Source: Antechinus flavipes
Lineage: Eukaryota
Assembly: GCF_016432865.1 (NCBI RefSeq)
Contig: NC_067399.1
Location: forward strand, 578,274,001-578,338,000
Direction of reading: 5' to 3'
Length of the DNA: 64,000 nucleotides
Position 1 is the first letter of the stretch; each line of letters starts with the position of its first letter. Of this stretch, positions 1 to 12,900 are shown piece by piece. Under the pieces are notes generated by a model. That model did no database searches. It saw only the letters and a list, made by a program, of their open reading frames with translations, and was not told where the DNA came from. The position numbers and the translations under genes are program-made.

Positions 1-2319
1 CATTCCTCCTATATGTTCTGCAATCCAATGCACTGGTCTTCTTGCTGTCCCTCAATCACCACACTCAAGTCTCCCAATCCAGGCATTTTTCCTGGCTGTT
101 CTCCATACCTGGAATTCTCTCCTTCATCATTTCTATCTCCTGGATTCCTTGACTTCAAGTCCCAGCTAAAATCAGACCTCCACAGGAAGTCTTCTTGATC
201 TTCCCTTGAGCTAATGCATTCCCCCATCTATTATTTTGTTTTTCCTATATATAATTTGTTTGAATATAGTTGTTTATAGGGTATCTTCCCCATTAGACTT
301 CATAGTCCTTGAGTCAGGGCCTGTATTTTGCCTTTCTTTGTATCCCCAACGGCAATTAATAAGTGCTTATTTACTGTCTGAAAAACTACTCCCAGCTGAA
401 TGTTCTCTCCTCCAAAAAATCTTTCTATTGTACTTTGGTTCTTCTACTTTCTATCATATTGGTCTGTGTACATTTTGTTCATCTCTATCAGAATGTAAAT
501 TCCTTGAAGGTCCAGTTGTTGCTATTTCCTCTTTCTACCCCCTTTACTTGGAGCAATATCTTGCACATAACAGGTATTTAAAAATATTTGTTGAAAGGAA
601 TTGATCCCTTTTGAAACATTGCTCCAGAACTCATGGTGGCTCCATAAGTTTTTAGGCAAAATGAGTAATTTGAAATTACTGGCACTTTACTTTGCTGGCA
701 GATGTGGATGCCAAGGCCAGAATGGCACTATGTCTCTTTGTTTTTTTCCTTTGCCTCTTGGGTACCTCAGGACCTCTAAAACACCATTCTAACTACTAGC
801 TAGTTCATTCCAAAGAATAACCATGGAAAGATCCAGATGGAATAAAGGTTTTTAGAATTAATTGGGAATAGCTTCTTCCTTTCCTTTCCACCCAAATACT
901 GAGGATCAACCTCCATAAAAAAAAGGCTTTTTAAAATTTCCACTGCCTTCACCCTAATTTATGCCTACACAGTGGCAATAACCTCCTAGCCAATCTCCCT
1001 GCCTTTGGTTTCACTCAATAATCCTTCCTAGTATTGTGACCAGCATTCATCTGACCATATCACTTTTCTGATCAAAGTCTTCAGTGGCTCTTCACTGTTT
1101 ATGTAATAAAATTCGTTGAATGTAATAGCCTTGCACCCAAGGATTCCTATGCTCTGTCTTCAGCCTTTCTTTCTTGATTTATCTTCCACTGTTCACCTAC
1201 AAATAGCCTTTCCATCAGCCAAATCAAACTAGTAATCATTTCATGCAAATATTCCACTCTCTTCCCCCTTCAGTACCTTTTCTAAAATAAATTTTACTTA
1301 TGCTTTCAGGGTTTACAGTTATTTCCCAGTATATGTTCCCTCTCTCCCTTACCCATTTATATCCTCCCTTATAACAATGAAAGTCAGGAAAGAAAAACTG
1401 TTTAATACTGTTCTCTCATGGCATCTCCTTGTTTATAATGTCCTCCTTTCTCTATTTCCCTACACAATTTCTGCCTGTCAAAACCCTACACATCCTTTTA
1501 AGCCCATCAAACGCCACCCTAAAATTGGTGTAATAATTTTAGTGTTGAAAAGAATTTTAGAGATCATGTAATACATGCTCCTAATCGGTGCAAGAGCCCT
1601 CTCTATGGTATCCCCAAGGGTAAATAGTCATCCAGATTCTCTTCAGATGCTTTCCATGATGGAGAACTCACAGGCTGTTGGCATTTTTTTGTCAGTTCTA
1701 ATTAAGATCCTGCTTGCCTGAAGGGAAGCCTGGCTCCCCATAATTTATAACTATTGGTTCTAATTCTGACTCCTGGAACCATTTTGAATTGAGTCTAGTC
1801 CTATTTGAAGGCAAGTAAACTTGCTGTCTCATTCACACCTCACATGGCAGCCTGATGCAGAACTATAAAACTGAAATAGAAATAAGGGGCATTTTCTTTA
1901 ATATGTTTTATATGATTGTGCTTGTATAACCTATATTGACTTGCTTACTATTTTGGGGAGGGGGAAAGGAAGAAAAGGGGAAAAAATTAAAAACTCAAAA
2001 TCTTACAAAAATGAATGTTTTAAACTGTCTTTACTTGTAATTGAAAAAATAAAATACAATTAAGTGCAAAAAATTTTTTAATTTCATTTTTTAAAAATAG
2101 GGGGCATTAATCCATACAGAAGAATTGCTATAAGCAACATATTGACTTCGTCTTAAAACTTAATATTATCTCTGTATTACTGTATTTTAATTTATTTTAT
2201 TAAATATTTTTCAATTACATTCTAATCCTATTTAGCAGTACTCAAGAGTATTGTTTGTTTGATATCTTTGGTGTAATGGATAGAAAGATGATCTCAGCTG
2301 AAAGGGCTATAAAACTGTG

Positions 2320-2835
2320 CAGTGCCACTACTAGGAATGTATCCCAAAGAAATCATAAAGGAGGGGATAGGACCCACATGTGCAAAAATGTTTGTAGAAC
2401 CTCTTTTTGTAGTGGCAAAAAATTAGAAAATTAGTAGATGTTTATCAATTGGAGAATGGCTGAATAAGTTATGGTATATGAAGGTAATGTAATATTATTG
2501 TTCCATAAAAAATGAACAAGCTGATTTCAGAAAAACCTGTAAAGATTTATATGAACTGATGCTGAGCGAAACAAGTAGAACCAGGAATACATTATACATA
2601 TAACAACAAGATTGTGCAATGATCAACTATGAAATGCCATCTGTATACAGAGAGAAAACTCTGGAGACTGAATATAAATCAACACATACTATGTTCATTT
2701 CTTTTTTTTTCTTTTGTTTTTTTTTTCGCTTGTGGTTTTCCCCTTTTGTTCTGATTTTTCTCTCCCAAAACACGATTCATATAGAAATGTGTATTTAAAA
2801 AATTAATGTACATGTATAACCAGGAAAAAAAAAAA
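2320..2835 (+). mobile_element. Older L1 3' fragment (ORF2 C-terminus plus 3' UTR and A tail)
   Basis: Similar to the L1 copies at 16.6 and 63.7 kb (cccaaagaaatcataaag...ggagaatggctgaataagttatggtatatg), ending in an A-rich tail. Confidence 0.75.
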
Positions 2836-5294
2836 GAAAACAAGACTTTAAAAAAGTAAAGTTGAATTGACCAAATGGAAAAGGAAGTACAAAAGCTAAC
2901 TAAAGAAAATCATTCCTTAAAAATTATAATTGAGCAGATGGAAGCTAATGACTCTATAAGATATCACGAATCAGTCAAACAAAATTTAAAAACAAAAATA
3001 GAATAAATTGTAAAATACTTAATTGGAAAAACAACATTGGAAGAATGATGAGAATCTAGGGAAGAGGGTAGAGAGAAAGGGGGAAAATTGCAATATGAGA
3101 TTTTTCAAGAGTCAATGGTAAAAAATTATCCCTTCATCTGTTTTGAAAAATAAAAAACTTCAATTAAAAAAAGATTGCATTCCAATTAGATCCATGATGC
3201 AAGGAGACTAACTATAGCTGTGATCCTTAATAAAAATAAGTAATAAAGCTCAAGTCATTGGCTTGAAATGAAGAAATAAAAAAAGAATAATGGGAGCAAC
3301 TGAAGATCATGATCAAAAAATAAAAATAAATAATAAAAAAAGACAACTCAGAGTTAAGAAAATTAGAGCTTAACTCCCATCTCTTTACACATACCAGTGT
3401 GATTTTGGCCAAATCATTTAACCTCTTAGGATCCAATTAGTTTTCTAAGACTACCTATGAAAAAACATTTTCAGATTTTACATTGTTGGAGAAAGTTTTC
3501 TTACTAGATTTCCTATTCTTAGTGAAATCTCCAAACCTTTTTATTTTTCTGATTATACATGTACATTAATTGATTTTGGTATTGCCATATTCTTGAGACC
3601 TCTTATCAAATGAGATAAACAAGAGCACTTTAGTGTGGTATATGGTAGGTGCTTAATAAATGTTTCTTCACTTCTCCCATTCCCTTCTCATTTGCCAGTC
3701 TTGATTATCTTCCTCTGAATCTACTCATTTCTCAGTGAGGCACTTGGAACTGAAGTTCATACTTCAGGTATTGTTTTTCTGTTACAGAATATAACAGAAT
3801 TATGGTCTGCTTTGATCTAGATGTTATATTTACTTTAATTCAGCCCAAGATTATGTGAACTTTTCTTATTTTTTCACATCTTTTTAAAAAAATACTTCCT
3901 CCAATTATATGTAAAAACAATTTTTAACATTCTTTTTAAAAATTTTTACACACCACACTTTTACTCATACTGAACTTATAGCCAACTAAAGCCCCTAGAA
4001 CTTTCTCCATGAATTGCTACCTAGTCATGTCTTCGCTATGCCATAGGTCTGCTGTTAATTTTATCTGGTCATTTGCAAAGTTTAAAAGTTTAAAATAAAT
4101 GGCTGACATTGATACGGTGCTTTAAGATTTACAAAACTACTTCATATGCATGACATCATTTAATAGTCAAGTTATATTATCTCATGTGATACCTTCATCT
4201 AAGTCTATGATAATTATTGATGAGAAATTTCTTCATTCTATGATCATCTCCTAATTAGACATGGTCTCCCCTCCTCTAATACTTGAGTGAACTTTCCCTC
4301 TCCACTTTTCTTGGGGCAGTTACCATATCCTACCTTAGATTATCATTATTTGCACATGTATCACCTTCCCAAATAGATTGTGAATTCTCTGAGATCAGGC
4401 ACCCTAGTATGTCTAGGAAATCCGAAACTATTTGTCAAATGAATGAACTTGTCTCTCTTACAGATTAGGAAAGAAGAGGGAGCACTCATTTTACTACTAA
4501 GCATCAATTAATAAGCACGTATTAAGTGCCTCTTATTTGAATCTGTTAATGAGTCTGAAATTCCTGGAGCAAAGAGGATTATTCCCGGATTTGTGTTCCA
4601 TGTGATTCCCTTACAGTTCAAGGGACATCAGACTTCCTGGGGAGAGTCACAAGATCACAGATATAGAAAGGACCTTAGGCATCCTCTAGTGCAAGATGTT
4701 TGTGGCGTAGATACAATCTGATATAGCAGTGGGATGAAACCTATTTTTCCCATCTCACATGTTTTTAAATACATAAAATAAAATATACCATATTAAGAAG
4801 AAAAAATATGATGAAATGAAGCTATTGTATATACATATACATAGAATTATGTTCTAAGACCCCTTCACGCTCTGAAATGTGAATTTCACATTTTCCCAAC
4901 ACACTCACACACAGAGAGAGCTATCTTTATAGCTTCATTCTTTCCCACACCAGGTTTTCAGCACCCAATGTATGAATGATCAAAGAATCCATTAGCACAC
5001 ACACACAAATTCCCACACCCCAGATTAAGAACTTTTAAATTTTATTCTTTTCACAGCCACAGAAAGAAAACCACAGGCAAGTCAAGTAACTTGTCGTAGG
5101 TCTCTCATGCTAGCCTAGGACACGAGGTGGATTTGAATCCAGGGCTTCTTGGCTCCAGAGCCACTCTCAGCTTTGCAGCTCACTGCCTTTCATTCAGATA
5201 CAGCTGCTTAGTCAGGGACAGGTTAACACAGATGCCTAGAAGAATTGCAGAGGCAGAGAGTGTAGATAGAGATCTGTGCATTATTCATAGGGAA

Positions 5295-5345
5295 GACTCC
5301 ACCCCCCAGGGCCAAGGGACTTAAAGGGAGCTGAGGGAAGGAAGC
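5295..5345 (+). promoter_or_regulatory. Candidate NMB core promoter (CACCC box plus TATA-like CTTAAAG)
   Basis: CCACCCCCC at ~5299-5307 and CTTAAAG at 5320-5326, ~130 nt upstream of the ATG at 5454. No CpG island here. Confidence 0.4.
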
Positions 5346-5453
5346 GCAGAGGGGAGCTTGAGAGAAATCCCAGAGCACAAGGAGCTGGGGAAGCAACTAG
5401 ACAGGGACAAGTCCTACAAGTGGTTCAGAGTGGGATTTGGGTCCAAGACAAGC

Positions 5454-8400
5454 ATGTCCTCTGAGCTGACCTGCCGACCCCTGCACCCTCGGCTCCTGAG
5501 TTGCCTGGTGTTCCTTGCTTTTCTATCCAGCACTTCTACACTCAGCCTGGACTTTGCAGAACATCGGAATAAAGCAGCCAAGATCAAAATCCATCCCAGA
5601 GGCAACCTCTGGGCCACAGGTACATTCATTGGGTTTGAGTAAATGTCTGGGGTGTCAGTTTTGTAGATGGGGCAGGGGTGAATGTTCTATGAACCTCCAA
5701 ATGATAATTCCCTGACTTTCCTCCTTCCATAGACTCCTCTTCCCATTTCTCTCCTTTACCTCCTCCCTTCTTTAGTTACCCTCCTCATTCCTTTCCTCTT
5801 TCCCTCTGTTATTTGTTCTCAGAGCACCCATTTTTGTCCTCTCTTCATGCTCCCTCTTTTCTCCAGTGATTATTCTGGCTCACCCTTCAAAGTTGTATAA
5901 ATGCCTTCCAAGCTGTTCTTTCAATATTTGGTCTTTATAATATTCCTATGAAGAGCATCATGGGATCATAGATTCAGGGCTGAAAGGAACCATAGAGTCC
6001 ATCTGGTCCAACTTTTCATTTTACAGATAAGGAAACAGACTCAGAAAGAGTAAATGACTTGCTGGACCTGGGATAAATTCAGTCCCAGGTCCCATGATTC
6101 CCAATCAAATGTTTCCTCCACTACACCAGGAGCATTGTTGTCACCTCCATTTTATAGGGGAAGAAACTAGGACTCAGCTTGAATGACTTACCCCGGAAGA
6201 TACAGCTAGCAAAGAACCGACCTAGAACTACTTTCTTAATGCTTGGTCCCATCTGTTTATTCCTTTCAACATCCTATTCATCAATTTCTCTCCTCTTCTC
6301 CTGCCCTGGTTAGACAGAAAAGAAATAGATGCTTTCTCCAGTCTAGCTTTAATACCCAGAGACACAGGCACACATGGAAAAACACTAAATGTGGACAGAT
6401 CCACAAAGAGATTAGCAAATATATTCACATTCCCCAATACATCGTGAGGAGGTGAGGGCATGAAGAATTGGCTAAGGGTTCTTAAAGTATCTTGTGGTAC
6501 AGTGGAAAGAGCACTCAGCAGGGCTGCAATTAGAGCATATTCATTTAAAATGCAGCTCTGCTCCCTGCTCCCCTGCATAACCTTAGCTCAACCTCTGAAA
6601 CCCTCTGCACTTCAGAAGTTTGGGCTTTTTTCTGTAAAATGAGGACTTCAACTGGATCAAAGTTTCTTAAACTGTGAGTTGCTACCCCATATGGGGCTGT
6701 ATAACTGATATGAGAGTTGTGAGATTGTGATTTGTTATCAGTGATTTGTATACCTATTTTATATATCTATATACCTGGGATCAAATAAAAATTTTTTCAG
6801 GCATAAAGGAGTTGCTGATGGAAAAAGTTTAAGAAGCCCTGGCCTAGATGGTTTGTAAAGTCACTTTACATCCAGATAGTTTTCATCCTATGATCCTTTG
6901 GTTATTCATACCCTGGGTGCTGAAAAGCTGTGGTAGGAAGAAATAAGGCTATAAAGAGAGGCACATATATATTTCCAAACATCCCCACCTCAACCATATG
7001 TATATTTTATAGACAAAAAAGCTAAACCACAGAGAAATTTGAAAGTTATCTGAATTGACCAAATTTATGCATCAAAAGGAGGAATTGAGATCTCTAGAAT
7101 CTCAGGTCAGTGGTCATTCTTTCAAATCACCTAGCCTCAGGTCACCCCTCTCATTTTCTCTTTCCCCAACTTGCTACCTTATATCCCTTGACCTTTCCAA
7201 AATCTCTGCTTTCTTTTCCAGGCCACTTCATGGGCAAGAAAAGTGTGGAGCCCCTGATCTTCTCATCTCCTGAGACAACTTCCCACACTACCCAGGAGGA
7301 AATGAAAGATCGGCTAAGTCATGAGTTAGCTAGGATCCTCCAGCTAAAGAAATCCCTGGGCATGAACGAAGAGGGCCCTGCAGTGAGTGCCCAGGTGATC
7401 TGTCCCCACTACCCTGCCCACAGCCCAAAGGGACAGAGGAGAAATGTGGTTGGGGGAACGATGAACATTTGTGATGACATGGAAGCCTCAGCCCTATATT
7501 CTTGAGTGCCTTTCCTATAGCAGGAAAGGATGCAGGTCCTCCCTAGAGTAGGATCTCAATCACCTCCACGCTTGGTTAACTCTATTCTCAGGTTCCCAGA
7601 GCTAGAGGCTTTGCTGTGATGAGCCCTCAGGGTTGTTGTGAAGATCAGATGAGACATTTGAACAACACTTAGCACAGTGCTTGGCACATAGTAAGGGCTT
7701 AATAACAATTATTTCCCATTTCCATTTCTCTATCTCAACAACTCTGGGAAATAGGTGGAACATTTTCCAGATGAAAACCTGTGGCTTAAATCAGGTTAGT
7801 TAGTGGAGCCAGAGTCTGAATCTTGGCATTGTGACTTTTTGCCCAATGCCCTCTCTACCATTCATATTAATATCTCATGTTTATAACATATTTTGTGATT
7901 TACAGAGCACTTTACAAACAGAGCAGCCCCTGGACTTGGAGTCAGAGTGAACTGAGTTTGCAGATACTTGCTATCTGTGTAACCTTGTTGAAATCACTTA
8001 CTTCCCCTGAGCCTCTGTTCCCTTACCTGTTAAGTGGTAGTAATAGGGCCAGAGAGATGGTGCAGTGGATAGAGCACCAGCTCTGGAATCAAAAGGACCT
8101 AAATTCAAATTCAGCCTCAGACACTTAAAGTTTCCTAGCTTTGTGATCCAGGGCAAGTCACTTAATACCCCCAACTGCCTCTCAAAAGAAAAAAAGATTT
8201 AAAATGGTGGTAATAGCATCTACCTAACAGGGTTGGTATGAGAATCAAATGAGGTTTATGTGAAACATCAAGTGGTGTTTAAGGTTTAAGGTTTAAGGTT
8301 CAAGTGAACCTTAAAATGGCACACAGGGTGTCCCAAAAGTCTTGGTGCAGTTGTATTACTGTTTAAACTTAAATAGCACAGTGGAATTTTAAGTTTTAGA

Positions 8401-11019
8401 AATTTAAAACTGCACTAAAATTTTGGGGATACCCTACATACACATGAACTTTTATTATTTAAGTCTCAGGACTACCCTTTGAGATAAGTAAGTAGTACAA
8501 GTATTGTTATCCTTATTTAATAGAAGGGGAAACTGAAGCTGATCAAAGTGATCTAGGTCCTCTGCCTTTGAACAATGATATTCTATTACATCATTTGCCT
8601 TCCTAAAATTGATATCTTATTTTAGAGAACCTGCTATCTACCATGAAAGCTAGGGATAATATCTAATGCCACTTAAGCCTGTAACATATAACTAATTTTA
8701 ATATTGACCTACATAAAGGATAATTAGGAAGATAGCCTTTGCTTCTTCTGCCAACAAAATAATCACATTAATTTTATCAATACTATTTTTGGAGTATTCA
8801 TTCCAATTTTTCAATTCTTCAATACAAGTCATTTATAAATTTAACTCCACAAATATTTATCAAGTATTTACTGAGTGCTGGGTGCTGGGTATACAATGAT
8901 AAAATTAACCAACCTTTCCCCTCAAATAGCTTGTGTTACTTGAAACATATTCAATTTCCTTTCAAATCTACAATTAATTTTTGAGGAAATACTCTATGTA
9001 AGGTACTATGGTAGACATTGGGAGGAATCTAAAGGTAAACAAGACAGTCTCTACCTTCCACAGATCATCAAATCATAGGCTACTATATTAGAAAGGACTA
9101 TAGGGATCATCTATCATAACCCCTAAATTCTGCCGATGAGGAAACTAAGGCTCAGAATATTTAAGTGACTCGCTCAAGATTTGGGATCTCTGATTTTATA
9201 TAAACTCCTCTGTCTTTCTCATCCTGAACCTGGATGAGGGGTTAGAATGATCCCTGTTACAGCAGTATTGTCTATACTGGCCCTGTACTCTTTGAGATTT
9301 GTCCCTGGGATACCAGGTGAGGAGAATAACATCATATTTTGGTCAGGCAAATAACTGCTATGTTGTTTTTCCCAATCCAACCCAATAATAATTTGCTGAG
9401 CATCTACTATGTACAAGCTACGTGTTTGGATTCTGGGAATAAAAAGACTAGACAGTTCCTGCCTTCTGGGAGTTTACATCCCCCCTGGAGAGTGAAAAGC
9501 GAATTCTCTTTTGTAGTCATATGAAAGGGTCTCAGGATCTAGCCAAAAGCTTTGTTATTTGTCATACAGAAAAATAGTGGAATAATCCCATTCAAACATA
9601 GTATAAATCCATAACAGGAGTGAAAGAGAGAAGGAAAGAAGAAAAGAGGGAAGGAGGAAGAGAGAGAAGGAATGAATGAATNNNNNNNNNNNNNNNNNNN
9701 NNNNNNNNNNNNNNNNNNNNNNNNNNNNNNNNNNNNNNNNNNNNNNNNNNNNNNNNNNNNNNNNNNNNNNNNNNNNNNNNNNNNNNNNNNNNNNNNNNNN
9801 NNNNNNNNNNNNNAGGAAAGAAGTAAAGAAGGAAGGAAGGAAGGAAGGAAGGAGGGAGGGAAGGAAGGAGGAAGGGAAGAAAGAAAGGAAAAAAGGAAGG
9901 GAGAAAAAGAAGGAAGGGAAAGAAAGAGGGAAGAAAGGAAAGAGGAAGAAAAAAGGATTTATTGATAGGGATTGTTATGTGCCAGGGATTGTATTAAGCT
10001 CTTTACAATGCCAGAAGGTTGGTATTCATTAGTGATCACATTTTGTTGTTAAGTCATTTCAATCATGTCTTCATGGGTCTTCAATACCTAAGGCTGTAGC
10101 ATGTGCAGAAGTGGGTATCACGATGCAGTTACATGGGAATTGTTTCCTAAGATAATAGCGGAGGGCACTAAGTTGGAAGTAGGTCTGAAAGTTTATGGGA
10201 CAATGCTATTCCTAAACCTCCCAAGACAAGAAGATAGTTGTCTCTATTAGGATGTAAGGGAAGATAGATGATGATTGAGATAGAGAGAGAACTGACTTGC
10301 CTGGAATATACTGCTTCCTCTCTTGCCCTCAAAATGTCCTGCTGCTCCAACTAACTTGATTCATCTACCTTGTGTATGGCAGGTTAAATATCTGAATCTA
10401 GTGTTCTTTCCATCAGCCCACATTGTTTCTCATTTAACTGCCTTTCTCTCAATTTTCTCTCCATTAGTTCTCTTCTCTTTTTTTCTTTCTCTCTCTTTGT
10501 CTCTGAGGGGGAAGGAAGGAGAGGAGTGTTGGGAAGTGAGGCTTTAGTTAGTATGGATATGCAGGGTGATGCTGCTATATTGCATGCCATGGTCTATGGC
10601 ATAAATGGTCCATGGATCATCTGCAGCCTAGGTCTATTCCACTAAAGAAGAGTGAATAGAGATTAGTTGTCACTTCCTCTTAATTATTCCTTTTTCTCAC
10701 TTCACAGATAAGAGCAGAGAGAGAAACATAGCACTCAGCTCCTCTAGGGTCTAGAGAGATGAGAATTCTGGGTAAAATTCAAGGTTTCAATTAGGCGCTT
10801 CCCAACAAAATAGTTCCATCCCTTTCCTGTGATTCCTTCCAAGGTTCTACCCTTTTTACTTGAAGATATACAATTCTCCCCTACAGGGTTATTTATCCAT
10901 CTCCATCCCCTCCTGATGACAGATAGCTGGGGCTGATGAAGTGTTCCAAAGGATAATTCTTGATATTATTTTTCCCTTCCTAGGATCTATGGATGCTGCT
11001 TCAGCAGCTGGAGAAGTAG
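5454..11019 (+). CDS. NMB: Neuromedin B preproprotein (3 coding exons, 124 aa; 120 aa with the alternative donor)
   Basis: Exons 5454-5619, 7222-7394 (or 7382) and 10984-11019, all GT-AG. Hydrophobic signal peptide, then LSLDFAEHRNKAAKIKIHPR-GNLWATGHFM-G-KK, i.e. the NMB decapeptide with amidation and dibasic cleavage site split by a phase-1 intron. The 11-codon last exon DLWMLLQQLEK* resembles human YRRLLVQILQK*. Confidence 0.96.
6658..6841. mobile_element. hAT/Charlie-type MITE inserted in a MIR
   Basis: Termini CAAAGTTTCTTAAACT and AGTTTAAGAAGCCCTG are imperfect inverted repeats, flanked by degenerate ctagat-type 8-bp sites. MIR sequence continues on both sides. Confidence 0.6.
8046..8196 (+). 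mobile_element. Marsupial tRNA-derived SINE (WSINE1-like) nested in a MIR
   Basis: A box tggtgcagtggatagagc, B box ttcaaattc, core ggcaagtcacttaa and A tail, with degenerate TSD aagtggtagtaatag / aaatggtggtaatag. Confidence 0.8.
8324..8436. mobile_element. Tc1/mariner-type MITE (~113 bp)
   Basis: ~30-bp imperfect TIRs cagggtgtcccaaaagtcttggtgcagtt / aactgcactaaaattttggggataccct. A partial second copy lies at ~20270-20310. Confidence 0.65.
9621..9955. repeat. Purine-rich (GGAA/AAGG-type) simple repeat containing a 132-bp assembly gap (N 9682-9813)
   Basis: Directly visible in NMB intron 2. Confidence 0.95.
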
Positions 11020-11252
11020 TCAGGCCACCAATAGCTACAGCTCACACTGTACAGACCATGAAGCTGTATGGAGTTGAGACCATGGCCACTGGGGGCTATT
11101 GCTACAATCTGATGAAGAGTAGTTTCAGGTCCTTGTTGTTACATCATTTCTATCATCTTTGACTGAAGTTACTCACTGTTAACACTGTTCTTCAAGACAC
11201 AAGTGGTATCTCTTCAGCATATTTTTTCCCTTGCATCCTTGATGACGTTGTG

Positions 11253-11258
11253 AATAAA
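11253..11258 (+). terminator. Probable NMB polyadenylation signal AATAAA
   Basis: First AATAAA ~235 nt after the NMB stop, followed by T/GT-rich sequence. Confidence 0.65.
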
Positions 11259-12179
11259 ACCTTATTCTTTGCACAGAATGTGTGGGCCTCTCCTTTCCGC
11301 CGTTCCTGTGAGAAATCTCACCAGGGGGGTGAGGGGAAGGGGCTGAGAGATGAGAGGAGGACCATGGACCTTTTTTTTTTTTTTAAGTCAAACTGGCTCC
11401 TGTGCTTCCCACTACTTCACCCTCCCCACTATGGCTTTCTGTGAAACTCTTTGTTTGACTCTCCCTGGCTAGGATGTTTCTTGCAGAGGAAGGTTGTTGC
11501 TCTCCTGTGCCTGATTGGGCTTCATGGCCCTTCTACTGAGGGATGGAGGGTGATGTCAGTCAGCCAATAAGCATTGATACTGTGTGCCAGGCACTTTGCT
11601 AAGCTCTGATTTGCTCCCCCCACCCTTGTAGGACCTTAGTGGACACCAGACTCTCTCCTCATCAGTCAGGCTTGGTCTGCATAAATAGTTTTCTAAAAAA
11701 AATGAAAATTGTGGTATAGTAGAAAGGTCGCTCCTCAGGCAGGGGAAGGGGGGTGCTAACCCGCCAGTATCCCGGCACCCCCTGCCAGCATAAAGTTGGA
11801 GAAGAAAAGAGCAGACCTCTCCGGTATCTTTAGCAATTGGCAAGTGGACAGTTAGTTGCTCCACAACGTAATGAAGAGTTACCTTGAACAACTGAACGAA
11901 AAGCAGAGATACCCCAGTGGGAGGCAATGGTTTGAGTTTTCCTCCTACCTCTGCCCCAAATTATGCAATGGTGGGCAAGTTGTGTGTGTGTGTCTCCTCC
12001 CGGAGAATCAGTTTCCCCAACTGCAAAATAAGTTAGACTGCGTGGTCTCTAAGGGTCCTTTAGCACGCCAAGATTTTATCAATCTCGGAACAGAGACAAA
12101 GTGATCCAGTCCTAAAAGAGGAATGAAGGGGCCCATGATTTGCCAATATAATAACGTTGTGACCTTCTCAACTTACTCA

Positions 12180-12900
12180 GTTGACGCGATGGGGTTGGAC
12201 TGGGTGACCGCTAATGTCCCTACCGATTCTAAGTCCCGGGATCTTTGCAGGCCAGGGAAGACCGGGGCCCCTCCCCCAGCTCATTTGACGTTTCCAGGGG
12301 AGGGCCCCCGCGGAGGCTCCAGCCTCTGGCAATCCGGGACTCTTCTCTCTATCCACGTAAGCGTCGCTCCCTTCCGCCGAGCTCCTCCGGTCCCGGGCTA
12401 GGGGGGAAGGGGCGGGGTTACAATCAGCGGGCGAGGCCCCGCCCCCGCCCTTGGGGCCCCGCCCCCGCCCTTGGGGCCCCGCCCACGCTTAAAGTCTCCG
12501 CCACGGAGCTCCGCTTCCGCGTGGAGCGGCAGGAAGCTTTCGGACGGCGAGGAGCATGGACGAGGCAGCAGATTGGCTCGTGGACTCTCTCCGCATGTAA
12601 GCCGGGCGGGGAAGCGGGCGGGGCGGGGAGGGAGGGTAGGCCTGGGGCCTCCGGGGGCCGGCCCAGAGCCCTGCGGTATGTCCCGCTGAACGGAGCGGAC
12701 TGGCCGTTTTCCAGCCCGCAGGCTCTTTTCCTCTGCGTGGGCCGAGAGGCCGGAAGCCCCGGGGTTGGGCCCATTATCCCTCCCCCAGCACACCTCCCGA
12801 ACCTCAATTTCCCCATCTGTTCGATGGGCATAAAATAAAGCCCCGCCGGACGCTGAAAAGTGCTTTGTAGACGTGAAGTTAATGGCGGTGGAAGTGCATA
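12180..12900. promoter_or_regulatory. CpG island / WDR73 promoter with multiple GC boxes
   Basis: Abrupt GC/CpG enrichment spanning WDR73 exon 1, repeated GGGGCGGGG/CCCCGCCCC motifs at 12409-12484, and CTTCCG (ETS) just upstream of the ATG. Confidence 0.9.
12435..12484. repeat. 20-bp tandem repeat x2.5 (ggccccgcccccgcccttgg) in the WDR73 promoter
   Basis: Two perfect copies at 12435-12454 and 12455-12474, plus a 10-bp partial copy. Confidence 0.9.

Noticed and set aside
9672-10032. Two K/E/R-rich ORFs
   Set aside because: Artefacts of the N gap and the purine microsatellite.
10941-11162. 73-aa ORF overlapping NMB exon 3 as a long alternative C-terminus
   Set aside because: I found no acceptor that puts the phase-0 exon 2 donors into this frame.
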